Positions 17,151 to 26,004 are shown, counted from the first letter of the stretch. The stretch is 36,768 nucleotides of DNA from a bacterium (GCA_021791445.1 JAJYWO010000016.1:1-36768), one strand, 5' to 3'. Program-made: numbers and translations. The notes: a model not told the origin generated them from the sequence alone.

Positions 17151-18689
17151 ATGAAACAAACTATTGCCTTAATCATTTTGGACGGCTGGGGAGTGGGACG
17201 AAGCGACCAATCCAACCCCATTTTTGCCGCCAATCTTCAAAATATCAATTATATTAAAGCCAATTTCCCTTTGGCCAGTTTACAGGCGTCCGGAATCGCT
17301 TCGGGAATCCCCTGGGGCGAAGAAGGAAACAGCGAAATCGGCCACCTCACTATCGGCGCCGGCAAGGTTGTTTACCAAAACTATCCGATGATTACCATGG
17401 CCGTCAGAAACGGAGATTTTTTTAAAAATGAAATCATTAAAAATTCTTTCGAATCAGCCAAAAAAAACGATGCCGCGGTTCATTTAATCGGACTTTTATC
17501 GGACGGCAATGTCCACGCCTCATTGGAACATCTTAATGCCCTAATCCGATTCGCCGAAAAAGAGAAACCGAAAACGCTCAATCTGCATTTGATCACCGAT
17601 GGCCGCGACAGTTCGCCGACCGCTTCTATCGGATTGATTAAACAGCTCAACGAAACCATAACCGCTTCTCCGAACGCCAATTGCCGAATCGCCAGCGTCA
17701 GCGGCCGCTATTACGCCATGGACCGCGACAAGCACATGGATAGAACGGAAAAATATTATCAAACAATCACCAAAGGAGACGGAGTTTTTGTCGATATTGA
17801 AAAATACATCCAAGAAAATTACGCCAAAGAATTGACCGACGAATACATTCTCCCCGCCATCAGTTCGCCAGACGGACTTATTAAAGAAAACGATTCCGTT
17901 TTTTTCTTCAATTTCCGCGAAGACAGAATGCGCCAGATGGTGGAAATGTTTAGTAAAAATTCCCCAAATTTACAAATCGCGTCAATGGTAAGTTATGACG
18001 ACAAATTCAACATTCCGGTCGCTTTCAGAAAAGAAATTATCACCAATCCGTTAAGCAGGATTCTGTCGGAAAATGGCAAAATCCAATTTAAAATCGCGGA
18101 AACCGAAAAATACGCCCATATCACTTACTTTTTCAACGGCGAAACAGAAGCGCCGTTCAACAACGAATACCGCGTTTTGATCCCCTCGCGAAACGACATC
18201 AGCCACGATGAACATCCGGAAATGATGGCAAATGAAATCACCCAGCGCCTCGTGAGCGCCATTGAAGAGCAGACTTACGATTTCATACTGGCGAATTACG
18301 CCAACGCCGACATTATCGCCCATACCGGAAATTACAACGCCTGCCTTAAAGCCGTATCGTTCATTGACGAACAAATCGGGGAAATAACAGCCGCGGCCAT
18401 GGAGCATAACGCTGTCGTCATTATCACTTCCGACCACGGCAACGCCGAAGTGATGTTTGACCCGAAAACCGGAGCCATAGAAACAAAACACAACGCCAGT
18501 CCGGTGCCTTTTTACCTTGTCGCCAAACAATTCCAATTAAAACAGCCGAGGCAGGAAGCCGAAGTTTCCCATTTGGAAAAAATAAGCGCCGGCGTTTTAG
18601 CCGACGTCGCTCCGACTGTTTTAGAGTTAATGCAAATTCCCAAACCGAAAGAAATGACCGGCCAAAGCCTGTTGAAACAACTTATTTAA
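17151..18689 (+). CDS. gpmI: 2,3-bisphosphoglycerate-independent phosphoglycerate mutase
   Basis: LIILDGWG, GNSEIGH, GRYYAMDRD, AETEKYAH, TSDHGNAE. Confidence 0.97.
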   Translation: MKQTIALIILDGWGVGRSDQSNPIFAANLQNINYIKANFPLASLQASGIASGIPWGEEGNSEIGHLTIGAGKVVYQNYPMITMAVRNGDFFKNEIIKNSFESAKKNDAAVHLIGLLSDGNVHASLEHLNALIRFAEKEKPKTLNLHLITDGRDSSPTASIGLIKQLNETITASPNANCRIASVSGRYYAMDRDKHMDRTEKYYQTITKGDGVFVDIEKYIQENYAKELTDEYILPAISSPDGLIKENDSVFFFNFREDRMRQMVEMFSKNSPNLQIASMVSYDDKFNIPVAFRKEIITNPLSRILSENGKIQFKIAETEKYAHITYFFNGETEAPFNNEYRVLIPSRNDISHDEHPEMMANEITQRLVSAIEEQTYDFILANYANADIIAHTGNYNACLKAVSFIDEQIGEITAAAMEHNAVVIITSDHGNAEVMFDPKTGAIETKHNASPVPFYLVAKQFQLKQPRQEAEVSHLEKISAGVLADVAPTVLELMQIPKPKEMTGQSLLKQLI

Positions 18690-19083
18690 CCAATTCAATC
18701 ACTTTGTCGATTCCCGCGGGCGCGGTTATTGTGATTAAGCCGGTTTTGTCTTCCGACGCCAATAAATCGCGGCCGACAATTTCATCTCCATTCATCCAAA
18801 CAAGCTCCAGATCCAAATGCGTGTTTTTGTTCCAAAACGTCGGTTTGCTTCCGGGCGCAAAAAAGAAAACCATTCCGTCCGCGCCTTTCAATTCGGAAAT
18901 TCCCGAAAGTCCCCTTGCCCGCTGTAAAACCGTGCGCGCGGTGTATAAAACATAATCCTTGCCCTCTATGTTTAAAACGATTTTTTCGGCGTCATTCGCC
19001 AAATCCGCTTTGCCGATAAAAAATAAAATAATTCCCGCTAAAATTCCGGCCGCAATCAATAAAATATGTCTGAATTTTTTCAT
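18682..19083 (-). CDS. DUF192 domain protein
   Basis: RARGLSG...DGMVF...FWNKNT..LELVW...IEL; N-terminal TM; ATG 19083 immediately after the argS stop. Confidence 0.8.
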   Translation of the reverse strand: MKKFRHILLIAAGILAGIILFFIGKADLANDAEKIVLNIEGKDYVLYTARTVLQRARGLSGISELKGADGMVFFFAPGSKPTFWNKNTHLDLELVWMNGDEIVGRDLLASEDKTGLITITAPAGIDKVIELVK

Positions 19084-19084
19084 A

Positions 19085-20773
19085 TTACATTTTTTCCGGC
19101 GCTTCAATCCCTAATAAATTAAGCCCTGTTTTTAATACGTTGGCAACGGCTTTGATTAAAGCAAGGCGCGCTTTTTTAATTTCTTTTTCCGCTTTCAATA
19201 CGGGCAATGATTGATAAAAAGAATTTGTCAATTTGGCCAATTCAAACAAATAATCCGCCAAATAATGAGGAAAATAATTTATCGTTATTCTCTCGATAAC
19301 CAAAGGGAATTCCTCCAATTTTAAAATCAAATCCATTTCCGTTTTTTCATTCAAATATTTCGAATTAAATTTTTTAAATCCCGATTTCCGCAAAATGCTC
19401 TTCAAGCGCGCGTATGTGTATTGAAGATACGGCCCGGAATTTCCTTCAAAATTAAGCATTTTATCCCATTGAAAAGCGATGTCGGACTGCCTGTTTTGCG
19501 ACAAATCATTGTATTTCACCGCGCCTATGCCGACGATTTTCGCGATTTTTTCTTTTTCTTTCAAAATTAATTTCGGATTTTTTTCTTCAACTATTTTTTT
19601 CGCTCTGATAATCGCTTCTTTCAACACGTCTTCCAAGGAAATGTGTTTGCCGCCGCGCGTTGATAATTTTTTCATATCCTCGCCGAGAACAAGTCCGAAT
19701 TTTATATGCGCCATTTCCTGATTTTTAATAATGCCCATTTTCTTTACAGCATTGAATAATTGGCTTAAATGGAAAGTTTGTTCGTTGCCGACGACATACA
19801 AAATTGAGTCGGCTTTGAATTTATTTACGCGATATTTAACGGTCGCGATGTCCGTTGTCGCGTACAGATACGCCCCGTCGGATTTTTGAATTATAAAAGG
19901 GGTTTTATCATCATCAATAAAAATAACAATCGCGCCCTCGCTTTTAACGGCGACTTTTTTTCTTAACGCCTCGGAAACAATATCTCCAAGCATCGGATTA
20001 TAAAAGCTTTCGCCCAATTGATGGTCAAATTTCACGCCGAGCAAATTAAAAATATTTTTCAATTCTTTGAATGTTATGCTGCGAAATTTCTTCCATATTT
20101 TCAAATTTTCTTTATTTTTGCTTTGAAGTTTTTTTACTTCTTCTTTGGCAATATCTTCCAATTTGGAATCATTTTTCATTCTCGCCGTATAATCAACATA
20201 CAACTCCATCAACCCCTCTAAAGAAATATCTTTTAATTTTTTATCTTTTTGTTTCTCTTTATATGCCGCTATTAAAACTCCGAATTGCTTTCCCCAATCG
20301 CCCAAATGGCTGTCGCCTATCGCCTTATGTCCGCTAAATTTTAAAATATTGTATAGCGCCTGGCCGATTATGGTTGAGCGCAAATGCCCGATACTCATCG
20401 GTTTCGCGATATTTATCCCGCAATAATCAATCACAATATTTTTCTTAATTTTATTTTTGCTCTTCCCCCATTTCCCGCCCGATTTATAAATATTTTCAAA
20501 TTCATTTTGCAAAACTTTTTCCGAAACCCAGAAATTTACGAATCCCGGCGGAACAATTTCTATTTTCTCAAAAAAATTTGGCTTAGTACTTAATACTTCA
20601 TACTTAATACTTTCCGCAATTTTCATCGGATTCTCGCCGCGGATTTTCGCCAATTTTAAAGCCACATTCGTGGAATAATGCCCAAATTGCTCGTTTCCCG
20701 GTATAGAAATTTCCACTTCAATGTCGTTGCCAATGGTTTTCTTAATTAAATCGATAATTTTTGTCTTAATCAT
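19085..20773 (-). CDS. argS: arginine--tRNA ligase
   Basis: FGHYSTN; HIGH-like SIGHLRS; HLGDWGKQFG; KLSTRGG; GNSGPYLQYTYAR. Confidence 0.96.
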   Translation of the reverse strand: MIKTKIIDLIKKTIGNDIEVEISIPGNEQFGHYSTNVALKLAKIRGENPMKIAESIKYEVLSTKPNFFEKIEIVPPGFVNFWVSEKVLQNEFENIYKSGGKWGKSKNKIKKNIVIDYCGINIAKPMSIGHLRSTIIGQALYNILKFSGHKAIGDSHLGDWGKQFGVLIAAYKEKQKDKKLKDISLEGLMELYVDYTARMKNDSKLEDIAKEEVKKLQSKNKENLKIWKKFRSITFKELKNIFNLLGVKFDHQLGESFYNPMLGDIVSEALRKKVAVKSEGAIVIFIDDDKTPFIIQKSDGAYLYATTDIATVKYRVNKFKADSILYVVGNEQTFHLSQLFNAVKKMGIIKNQEMAHIKFGLVLGEDMKKLSTRGGKHISLEDVLKEAIIRAKKIVEEKNPKLILKEKEKIAKIVGIGAVKYNDLSQNRQSDIAFQWDKMLNFEGNSGPYLQYTYARLKSILRKSGFKKFNSKYLNEKTEMDLILKLEEFPLVIERITINYFPHYLADYLFELAKLTNSFYQSLPVLKAEKEIKKARLALIKAVANVLKTGLNLLGIEAPEKM

Positions 20774-20796
20774 TATTATTTATTATACTTAAACAT

Positions 20797-21231
20797 ATGA
20801 TTATTTCCACCAATAAACGCGCTTATTTTGACTACGAAATCCTGGAAACATACGAAGCGGGAATTGAATTATCAGGAGTGGAAGTCAAGTCAATCAGGGC
20901 CGGCAGAATAAATCTGGCGGGTTCTTATGTTTTGATTCGCGGAAACGATGTCCGACTTTTAAACGCCGACATTCCCCCTTTCCAGCCCCAAAACACCCCC
21001 GAAGATTACGATTCCAAGCGCACTCGCCGCCTGCTTCTGAATAAATCGGAAATCAAAAATCTTATCGGCAGAATACATGAAAAAGGCTTGACTTTGATGC
21101 CGCTGAAAGTATATACTAAAAACCGGAAAATAAAGATTGAAATCGGACTGGCAAAGAGCAGAAAGAAAGCGGATAAAAGAGAATTCATCAAGAAAAGAGA
21201 CATGGAACGGGAGACTGGAAGAAAATTTTAA
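20797..21231 (+). CDS. smpB: SsrA-binding protein SmpB
   Basis: NKRAYFDY..EAGIELSGVEVKSIR, RRLLLNK, DKRE. Confidence 0.97.
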   Translation: MIISTNKRAYFDYEILETYEAGIELSGVEVKSIRAGRINLAGSYVLIRGNDVRLLNADIPPFQPQNTPEDYDSKRTRRLLLNKSEIKNLIGRIHEKGLTLMPLKVYTKNRKIKIEIGLAKSRKKADKREFIKKRDMERETGRKF

Positions 21232-21232
21232 T

Positions 21233-21571
21233 GGGAATGCCAGGATTCGATGGCAGCACTTTCATAAAATGGCAAGCTGAGGATGACTTCTTACCTCAAA
21301 AATCATGAAGTCGAAATCATATCTGCCAAAAACAGATTAGCCAATTTATTGGCTCCTGCATTCGCTTTCGCGTAAGCAGGCATCGCTTGGTTGAAGCTTG
21401 ATAGGCCAGTAAGCGGTGTTATAAATCAAGCTGCGCTTAATTTCTTTTCCGGCGGACATTAAGCGGAGATTCAGTCGGAAAAAATCGTCCCGAGTTTATC
21501 AAAGGACTAAGCTTGTAGAAGTTTTATGGGAATATTGTCAGACGCGGGTTCAACTCCCGCCATTTCCACCA
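21233..21571 (+). ncRNA. ssrA: tmRNA; predicted tag AKNRLANLLAPAFAFA* (21325-21375)
   Basis: GGGAATG/CATTTCC-ACCA acceptor with G3:U; GGATTCGA; T arm GCGGGTTCAACTCCCGC; directly after smpB. Confidence 0.93.
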
Positions 21572-21611
21572 AAACGGATATTTAAATATTTAAACATTTA
21601 AATATAAAAAA

Positions 21612-22118
21612 ATTATTCAACAATACAAAATCAACAATCAAATAAAAGCGCCCGAATTGAGGGTTGTCGACGAAACCGGAGAAAATCTTGGCGTTATGCC
21701 GCTTGAAGCGGCATTAAAATTAGCCGCGGAAAAAGAATTAGACTTGATTGAAATCGCGCCTATGGTCAAACCGCCGGTCGCCAAAATAATCAGTTTTGAT
21801 AAATTCCGTTACCAGAAAGAAAAAGAGCTGAAAAAACAGAAATCATTGCAGAAAATCAGCGAATTGAAAAGAGTGCAAATCACCGCTCGCGCCGCGAAAA
21901 ACGATTTGGAAGTCAGGGCGAAAAAAGCCGACGAATTTCTGAATGACGGCGACAAAGTTGAAATAATGCTTGTTTTGAAAGGAAGGGAAAAATACAACAG
22001 AATTTGGGCGAATCAAAAAATGGACGAATTTATGAAGATGATAACCGTGGAATATAAAATCACGATGCCGCCGAAATTCATCGGTAAAGGAATCGTAATG
22101 CAAATAGCCAAAAAATAA
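21612..22118 (+). CDS. infC: translation initiation factor IF-3 (probable ATT start)
   Basis: Frame extends upstream of the TTG as IIQQYKINNQIKAPELRVV; LDLIEIAP..PPVAKI; ATT starts are established for infC; exact start 21612 or 21615. Confidence 0.93.
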   Translation: MIQQYKINNQIKAPELRVVDETGENLGVMPLEAALKLAAEKELDLIEIAPMVKPPVAKIISFDKFRYQKEKELKKQKSLQKISELKRVQITARAAKNDLEVRAKKADEFLNDGDKVEIMLVLKGREKYNRIWANQKMDEFMKMITVEYKITMPPKFIGKGIVMQIAKK

Positions 22119-22122
22119 TGAA

Positions 22123-22247
22123 CCCCCACACCAAACAAGTTGTGGGGAAAAAATAAATAAAGATAATATAAATAATAAATCAACAAGTGAAATTTCATTA
22201 TTATATAAAAATATAGCATTGAAAATAAGCTTGTTATGGTGTGGGGG
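22123..22247. mobile_element. 125-bp MITE-like insertion with a 4-bp target-site duplication (TGAA)
   Basis: TIRs CCCCCACACCA-AACAAG / CTTGTT-A-TGGTGTGGGGG; TGAA at 22119-22122 and 22248-22251; AT-rich interior. Confidence 0.8.
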
Positions 22248-22414
22248 TGAAAAAGAAAATTTCCAAAAGATTAAAAATAACGAAAACCGGAAAAGTTTTG
22301 AAGCGAACGATGGGTTTGTGCCATTTTCGCGCCAAAAAAAGCTCAAAACAAATTAAAAGAAAAAAAGGAATGAGCGAGGTTGGAATTAAAATGAAAATTT
22401 TACAAAATCTATGA
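22247..22414 (+). CDS. rpmI: 50S ribosomal protein L35 (absent from the ORF track)
   Basis: GTG start; MKKKISKRLKITKTGKVLKRTMGLCHFRAKKSSKQIKRKK...; lies between infC and rplT with an ATGA overlap. Confidence 0.9.
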   Translation: MKKKISKRLKITKTGKVLKRTMGLCHFRAKKSSKQIKRKKGMSEVGIKMKILQNL

Positions 22415-22755
22415 CAAGAGTAAAAAGAGGAAAAACAGCGACAAAAAAACGGAAAAAAATTCTGAAATACACCAAAGGTTTTCGCTGGGGAAGAAAATCG
22501 AAAGAAAGAGCCGCTAAAGAAGCGCTTCTTCACGCTTGGTCGCACGCTTTTCGCGGACGCAAAGAAAAGAAACGCGATTATCGCGCCATGTGGCAAGTTC
22601 AGATTAACGCCGGCGCGCGCGCTTCGGGAATATCTTATTCAAAACTGATTTCCGGATTGAAAAAACAAAATATTATTTTGGACAGGAAAATCTTGGCTGA
22701 CTTGGCGAAAAACGAACCGAAAATCTTTGAAAAAATAGTTGAAAAGATAAAATAA
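22411..22755 (+). CDS. rplT: 50S ribosomal protein L20
   Basis: MTRVKRG, AFRGRKEKKRDYRAMW, LDRKILADLA. Confidence 0.97.
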   Translation: MTRVKRGKTATKKRKKILKYTKGFRWGRKSKERAAKEALLHAWSHAFRGRKEKKRDYRAMWQVQINAGARASGISYSKLISGLKKQNIILDRKILADLAKNEPKIFEKIVEKIK

Positions 22756-22756
22756 T

Positions 22757-22783
22757 AAAAAAACCGCTTAAAGCGGTTTTTTT
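22757..22783. terminator. intrinsic terminator after rplT
   Basis: aaaaaaaccgct-taa-agcggttttttt. Confidence 0.75.
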
Positions 22784-23223
22784 GTCGCCGCAACCGGCTT
22801 CATCAAAAAATCATTCGCCTGCGTCAGTACCCCTTGACTGTCTTTGTGCTTTAAAATTTTTATCGCTTCTTTGTAAGAAAACCAGCCATAGCCGTCGTGT
22901 TCGCGGGAAAGCCGAATCCACGACTTTTTCGTTTCCGCCAGATAAAAAATCACGGTTTTAAAAACTCTTGTCTTTGTCGTTCCCCGTCCCCGCAAAAAAG
23001 TGAATTTTTCATAAACCTTAAACGGACCGGTGAACTTTAAATCATTTCTCTCTAAACCAGTTTCTTCGCGAATTTCCCGCAAAGCGGTTTGAAAACTTCT
23101 TTCCTCCTGCTCTATTTTGCCTTTCGCAAAACTCCAATACCCTCCGCCATGATAAAGCAATAAAAACTTAACTCCTTCGGGAGTTTTCCTATAAATAATA
23201 ATTCCTGCTGATATTTCTCGCAT
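22768..23223 (-). CDS. NUDIX hydrolase (Ap4A hydrolase-like)
   Basis: SAGIII; KGKIE..E....TALREIREETGL Nudix box; LSREH..YGW. Confidence 0.9.
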   Translation of the reverse strand: MREISAGIIIYRKTPEGVKFLLLYHGGGYWSFAKGKIEQEERSFQTALREIREETGLERNDLKFTGPFKVYEKFTFLRGRGTTKTRVFKTVIFYLAETKKSWIRLSREHDGYGWFSYKEAIKILKHKDSQGVLTQANDFLMKPVAATKKPL

Positions 23224-23274
23224 AAAATAATATTACCACAAATTCCAATCAGAATAAAATTTACTAGTTACTAA

Positions 23275-23847
23275 TTAAATCTTCAACAACCTCCATACTC
23301 CCAGCCCCATCAGCCATTTATTTATAAGTATAACAAAAATCGCCAATGGTAGCCACCAATAATACAGAGAAATACGAACGGATGAAGTATTAAGTATAAA
23401 ATATAAAGTATGGATAATCAGATAAATTAAAATCAAACCGATAAAATAAAACAGCAACCCGGGCCAGCCAACAATGAACAACGCCAACGCTCCCAGCCAT
23501 AATTCTTCCTGTTCAAAAAACCGTTCTTCGTATTTCTTGTTCATTTTGCGCGCGATAAAGAAAAAAATGATTCCCGCAAGCAAAGAAATAAAATAAGGCG
23601 CGAAAAATCTGGCGCCAATGTATTTAATGAAATAATTTGCGCTTTGATACGGCGGCAGTAAAAATTTTGTCGGTTCAGCCGACTGCCAAACGGCATATTG
23701 CTGATATGAATAATAAATAAGTAAAGAAAAAATCGCGGCTGCGGCGACTATAAAAATCGCTTTCAACGCTTTAATGCCAAAAGGGCGTCCTTTTAACAAA
23801 GACGCCCCAAAAGCCACAACCAAAATTCCCAAAGAAATAAAGGTCAT
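23275..23847 (-). CDS. multi-pass membrane protein downstream of the pilin
   Basis: 190 aa; about 5 hydrophobic segments; 11 nt after the pilin stop. Confidence 0.75.
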   Translation of the reverse strand: MTFISLGILVVAFGASLLKGRPFGIKALKAIFIVAAAAIFSLLIYYSYQQYAVWQSAEPTKFLLPPYQSANYFIKYIGARFFAPYFISLLAGIIFFFIARKMNKKYEERFFEQEELWLGALALFIVGWPGLLFYFIGLILIYLIIHTLYFILNTSSVRISLYYWWLPLAIFVILINKWLMGLGVWRLLKI

Positions 23848-23858
23848 AAGAAATTAAA

Positions 23859-24407
23859 TTACATCAAATCCAAAGCAGGATCGGTTCCGATTTCATAAAC
23901 CGCGTCAACAGTTCCTCCGTCCTTGGTGTTTGATTCAACGTCAGCCGATCCGCCGGATGCGTATCTCGCGCTTTCCATATTAGCGTTAAATTCATAAGTG
24001 CCGCTCGTGGTAACACTGAAATCATAATGATACGTAGCGCCGTTTGACGGATCTAACGGCAATCTCGCAAGAGGCGAGCCTCCGGGTACAAATGAAAAAT
24101 CAATTCCGTATATCCAACCGGCGCCATTAACAGTCGTAACCTGATTCTGTTGACACGCTCCGGTTCCATCAACTTGCGTTGAACCATATGTACAAGTAGT
24201 GGTCGCAACGGCAATCGATGTGCTGCTCGCGCTCGCGAACCACAAACCAAGAGCGCTGTTGATTGTCCTAAGATCGGACAATCTCTGGCTGTCTCTCGCT
24301 TGCCTCAACAATTCGGCCGGATTTAAAACCAATGCCACAACTGTCGCCAAAATCGCCAAAATGCCGATAACGATAAGCAATTCCAATAATGTAAAACCTT
24401 TTTTCAT
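23859..24407 (-). CDS. type IV pilin / prepilin-type N-methylation domain protein
   Basis: MKKG|FTLLELLIVIGILAIL, ARDSQR.SDL, LPLDP. Confidence 0.93.
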   Translation of the reverse strand: MKKGFTLLELLIVIGILAILATVVALVLNPAELLRQARDSQRLSDLRTINSALGLWFASASSTSIAVATTTCTYGSTQVDGTGACQQNQVTTVNGAGWIYGIDFSFVPGGSPLARLPLDPSNGATYHYDFSVTTSGTYEFNANMESARYASGGSADVESNTKDGGTVDAVYEIGTDPALDLM

Positions 24408-24505
24408 ATTTAACTTATAAACTTTTAAACTTTGAAACTTTAATTATCGACCCTTGTCTTATATTTTATCATATCATATTTCATTTATTATCGCCTGTGG
24501 AAAAC

Positions 24506-24880
24506 TTACTTATTAAAAAAATCCTTTACCCTGTTAACCAAATCATCGATGGATATTTTCGCTTTTATCAGATATTCAACCACACCAAACTCCTGCCCTC
24601 TCTTTATATCTTCTTCCTGCCCAAGATTGGAAATAATTATTACCGGAGTTTTTTTGGCGTGCAGCTGCGGATCCATCCGCATTTCTTCTAAAACTTCAAA
24701 CCCGGTCTTTTTTGGAAGAATAATGTCAAGTAAAATCAAGTCAAAATCCGATTTTCTCAAATTTTCCAAAGCCGCTTCTCCATCAGCCGCCCAAACAACA
24801 TCAAATCCGTTTTTTTGAATTTTAGTTTTTAATAAAGAAGATAAAAACGGGTCGTCTTCAATTAAGAGAATTTTCTTCAT
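24506..24880 (-). CDS. single-domain response regulator (receiver)
   Basis: ILLIEDD, LILLDIILP..GFEVL, IISN, YLIK. Confidence 0.93.
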   Translation of the reverse strand: MKKILLIEDDPFLSSLLKTKIQKNGFDVVWAADGEAALENLRKSDFDLILLDIILPKKTGFEVLEEMRMDPQLHAKKTPVIIISNLGQEEDIKRGQEFGVVEYLIKAKISIDDLVNRVKDFFNK

Positions 24881-24931
24881 ATTATTATAATTATACGAAA
24901 TAAAAAAAACCGCGCAAGAGGGCGGCTTTTT

Positions 24932-24956
24932 ATCAGAACTTTTTTAGTTATCCCAA
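24932..24956 (-). other. 16S trailer arm of the processing stem (pairs with leader 27442-27466)
   Basis: atcagaacttttttagttatcccaa is nearly complementary to ttgggacaactaaaaaaattctgat. Confidence 0.75.
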
Positions 24957-25152
24957 GGCCGAAACTTGAGGCTCCTCGGCTAACGCCTTATTCCGCCAAT
25001 TGGCGGACCGACAACTTTTTTCTAGTTTAATTGTTCCACGCGCAGCTTCCGCTACGCGTGCCTTGTTACGACTTAGTCCATGTCACCGAATTTAGACTAA
25101 CTCCGCCGAAGCGAAGCTTTGCCTACCCCCGGCTCCCTTGACTTGACGGGCG

Positions 25153-26004
25153 ATTGCTTGTTAGAAACTTAACATTGGCGTTCCCACGTAGCGAGCGGAT
25201 TTCCCGCACTACGCGAGCTCTAATGCATTTTTTGTTTTAATTTATACATTTTAATCAATCCTGATTTGGTTAAATGTTCGTTATTTTTTATCCGTTTCAT
25301 TAATCCACAAAATATCTTAAAATCCTTCACTTTTGATTTTAATTTTAATTTGTGTTTTTTGAAAAACGGCATAATTACATTTTCCAAATCTTCTCGTTTC
25401 GTTACTTCATAACGATAACAGTTTTGATGATTAAACCGGTTGTCTTTTTGAAAATAAACATTGCCGCAGCCAAAAAATTTTTTTAATTCATAGAGAATGT
25501 TTTTATCTTTCTCTATAAGTTTAATATAAAATCTTGGTTCCGCTTTTACGCGCCTTTTGATAATTTTATTTTCTTCCGGATTGCGGATAAAAACAGTAAA
25601 ACCGCCTTCTCCGTCAATTAAACCGACAATATAATCTGGATTAATCATTTTAGATTAGAGAGAATCCTTCTCCGCCATCAGGCGGATACTATAATTCAGC
25701 TGACTTCTGACGCTGCGTAAGTTTCATTATACTCCGCCTTAGGCGGAATAACAACGTCAGATCTCCCGAGGTTAGTTAATATTCTGTTCCAAACATCCTA
25801 AACGAGCTTTTTAAATAATCTTCTCCATCCTCACCACCCAATGATGAATCGATTAACTCTTTTTTTGTTTAGGCTGTCTTTTATCTCTTTGCCCTCCGCC
25901 GCCAATCTCGCGATCAACGACTGCAATTTGATTACGTTCCGATGACGAAATCGGAAGAATGGATTTTAACCATTTAGAACAATAACCTGCTCGGCGCGTT
26001 TATT
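25153..26004 (-). mobile_element. 852-nt self-splicing intron in 16S (group II-like) carrying a LAGLIDADG ORF
   Basis: Removal restores TGTACTCAC|CGCCCGTC; domain V-like hairpin at about 25184-25216; ends ...GCAAT; candidate EBS1 GTGAG at 25830-25834. Confidence 0.85.
25220..25648 (-). CDS. single-motif LAGLIDADG homing endonuclease
   Basis: YIVGLIDGEGGF, LKKFFGCGNV, IMPFF.K..L..K.KDF..F. Confidence 0.93.
   Translation of the reverse strand: MINPDYIVGLIDGEGGFTVFIRNPEENKIIKRRVKAEPRFYIKLIEKDKNILYELKKFFGCGNVYFQKDNRFNHQNCYRYEVTKREDLENVIMPFFKKHKLKLKSKVKDFKIFCGLMKRIKNNEHLTKSGLIKMYKLKQKMH

Noticed and set aside
23275-23847. Prepilin peptidase call for the gene after the pilin
   Set aside because: The catalytic aspartate motifs (e.g. 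GxGD) are not visible
25153-26004. Calling the 16S insertion a group I intron because it encodes LAGLIDADG
   Set aside because: The 5' exon ends in C rather than U, the intron ends in AU rather than G, and a domain V-like hairpin and an EBS1 candidate are present; not formally excluded without a covariance search
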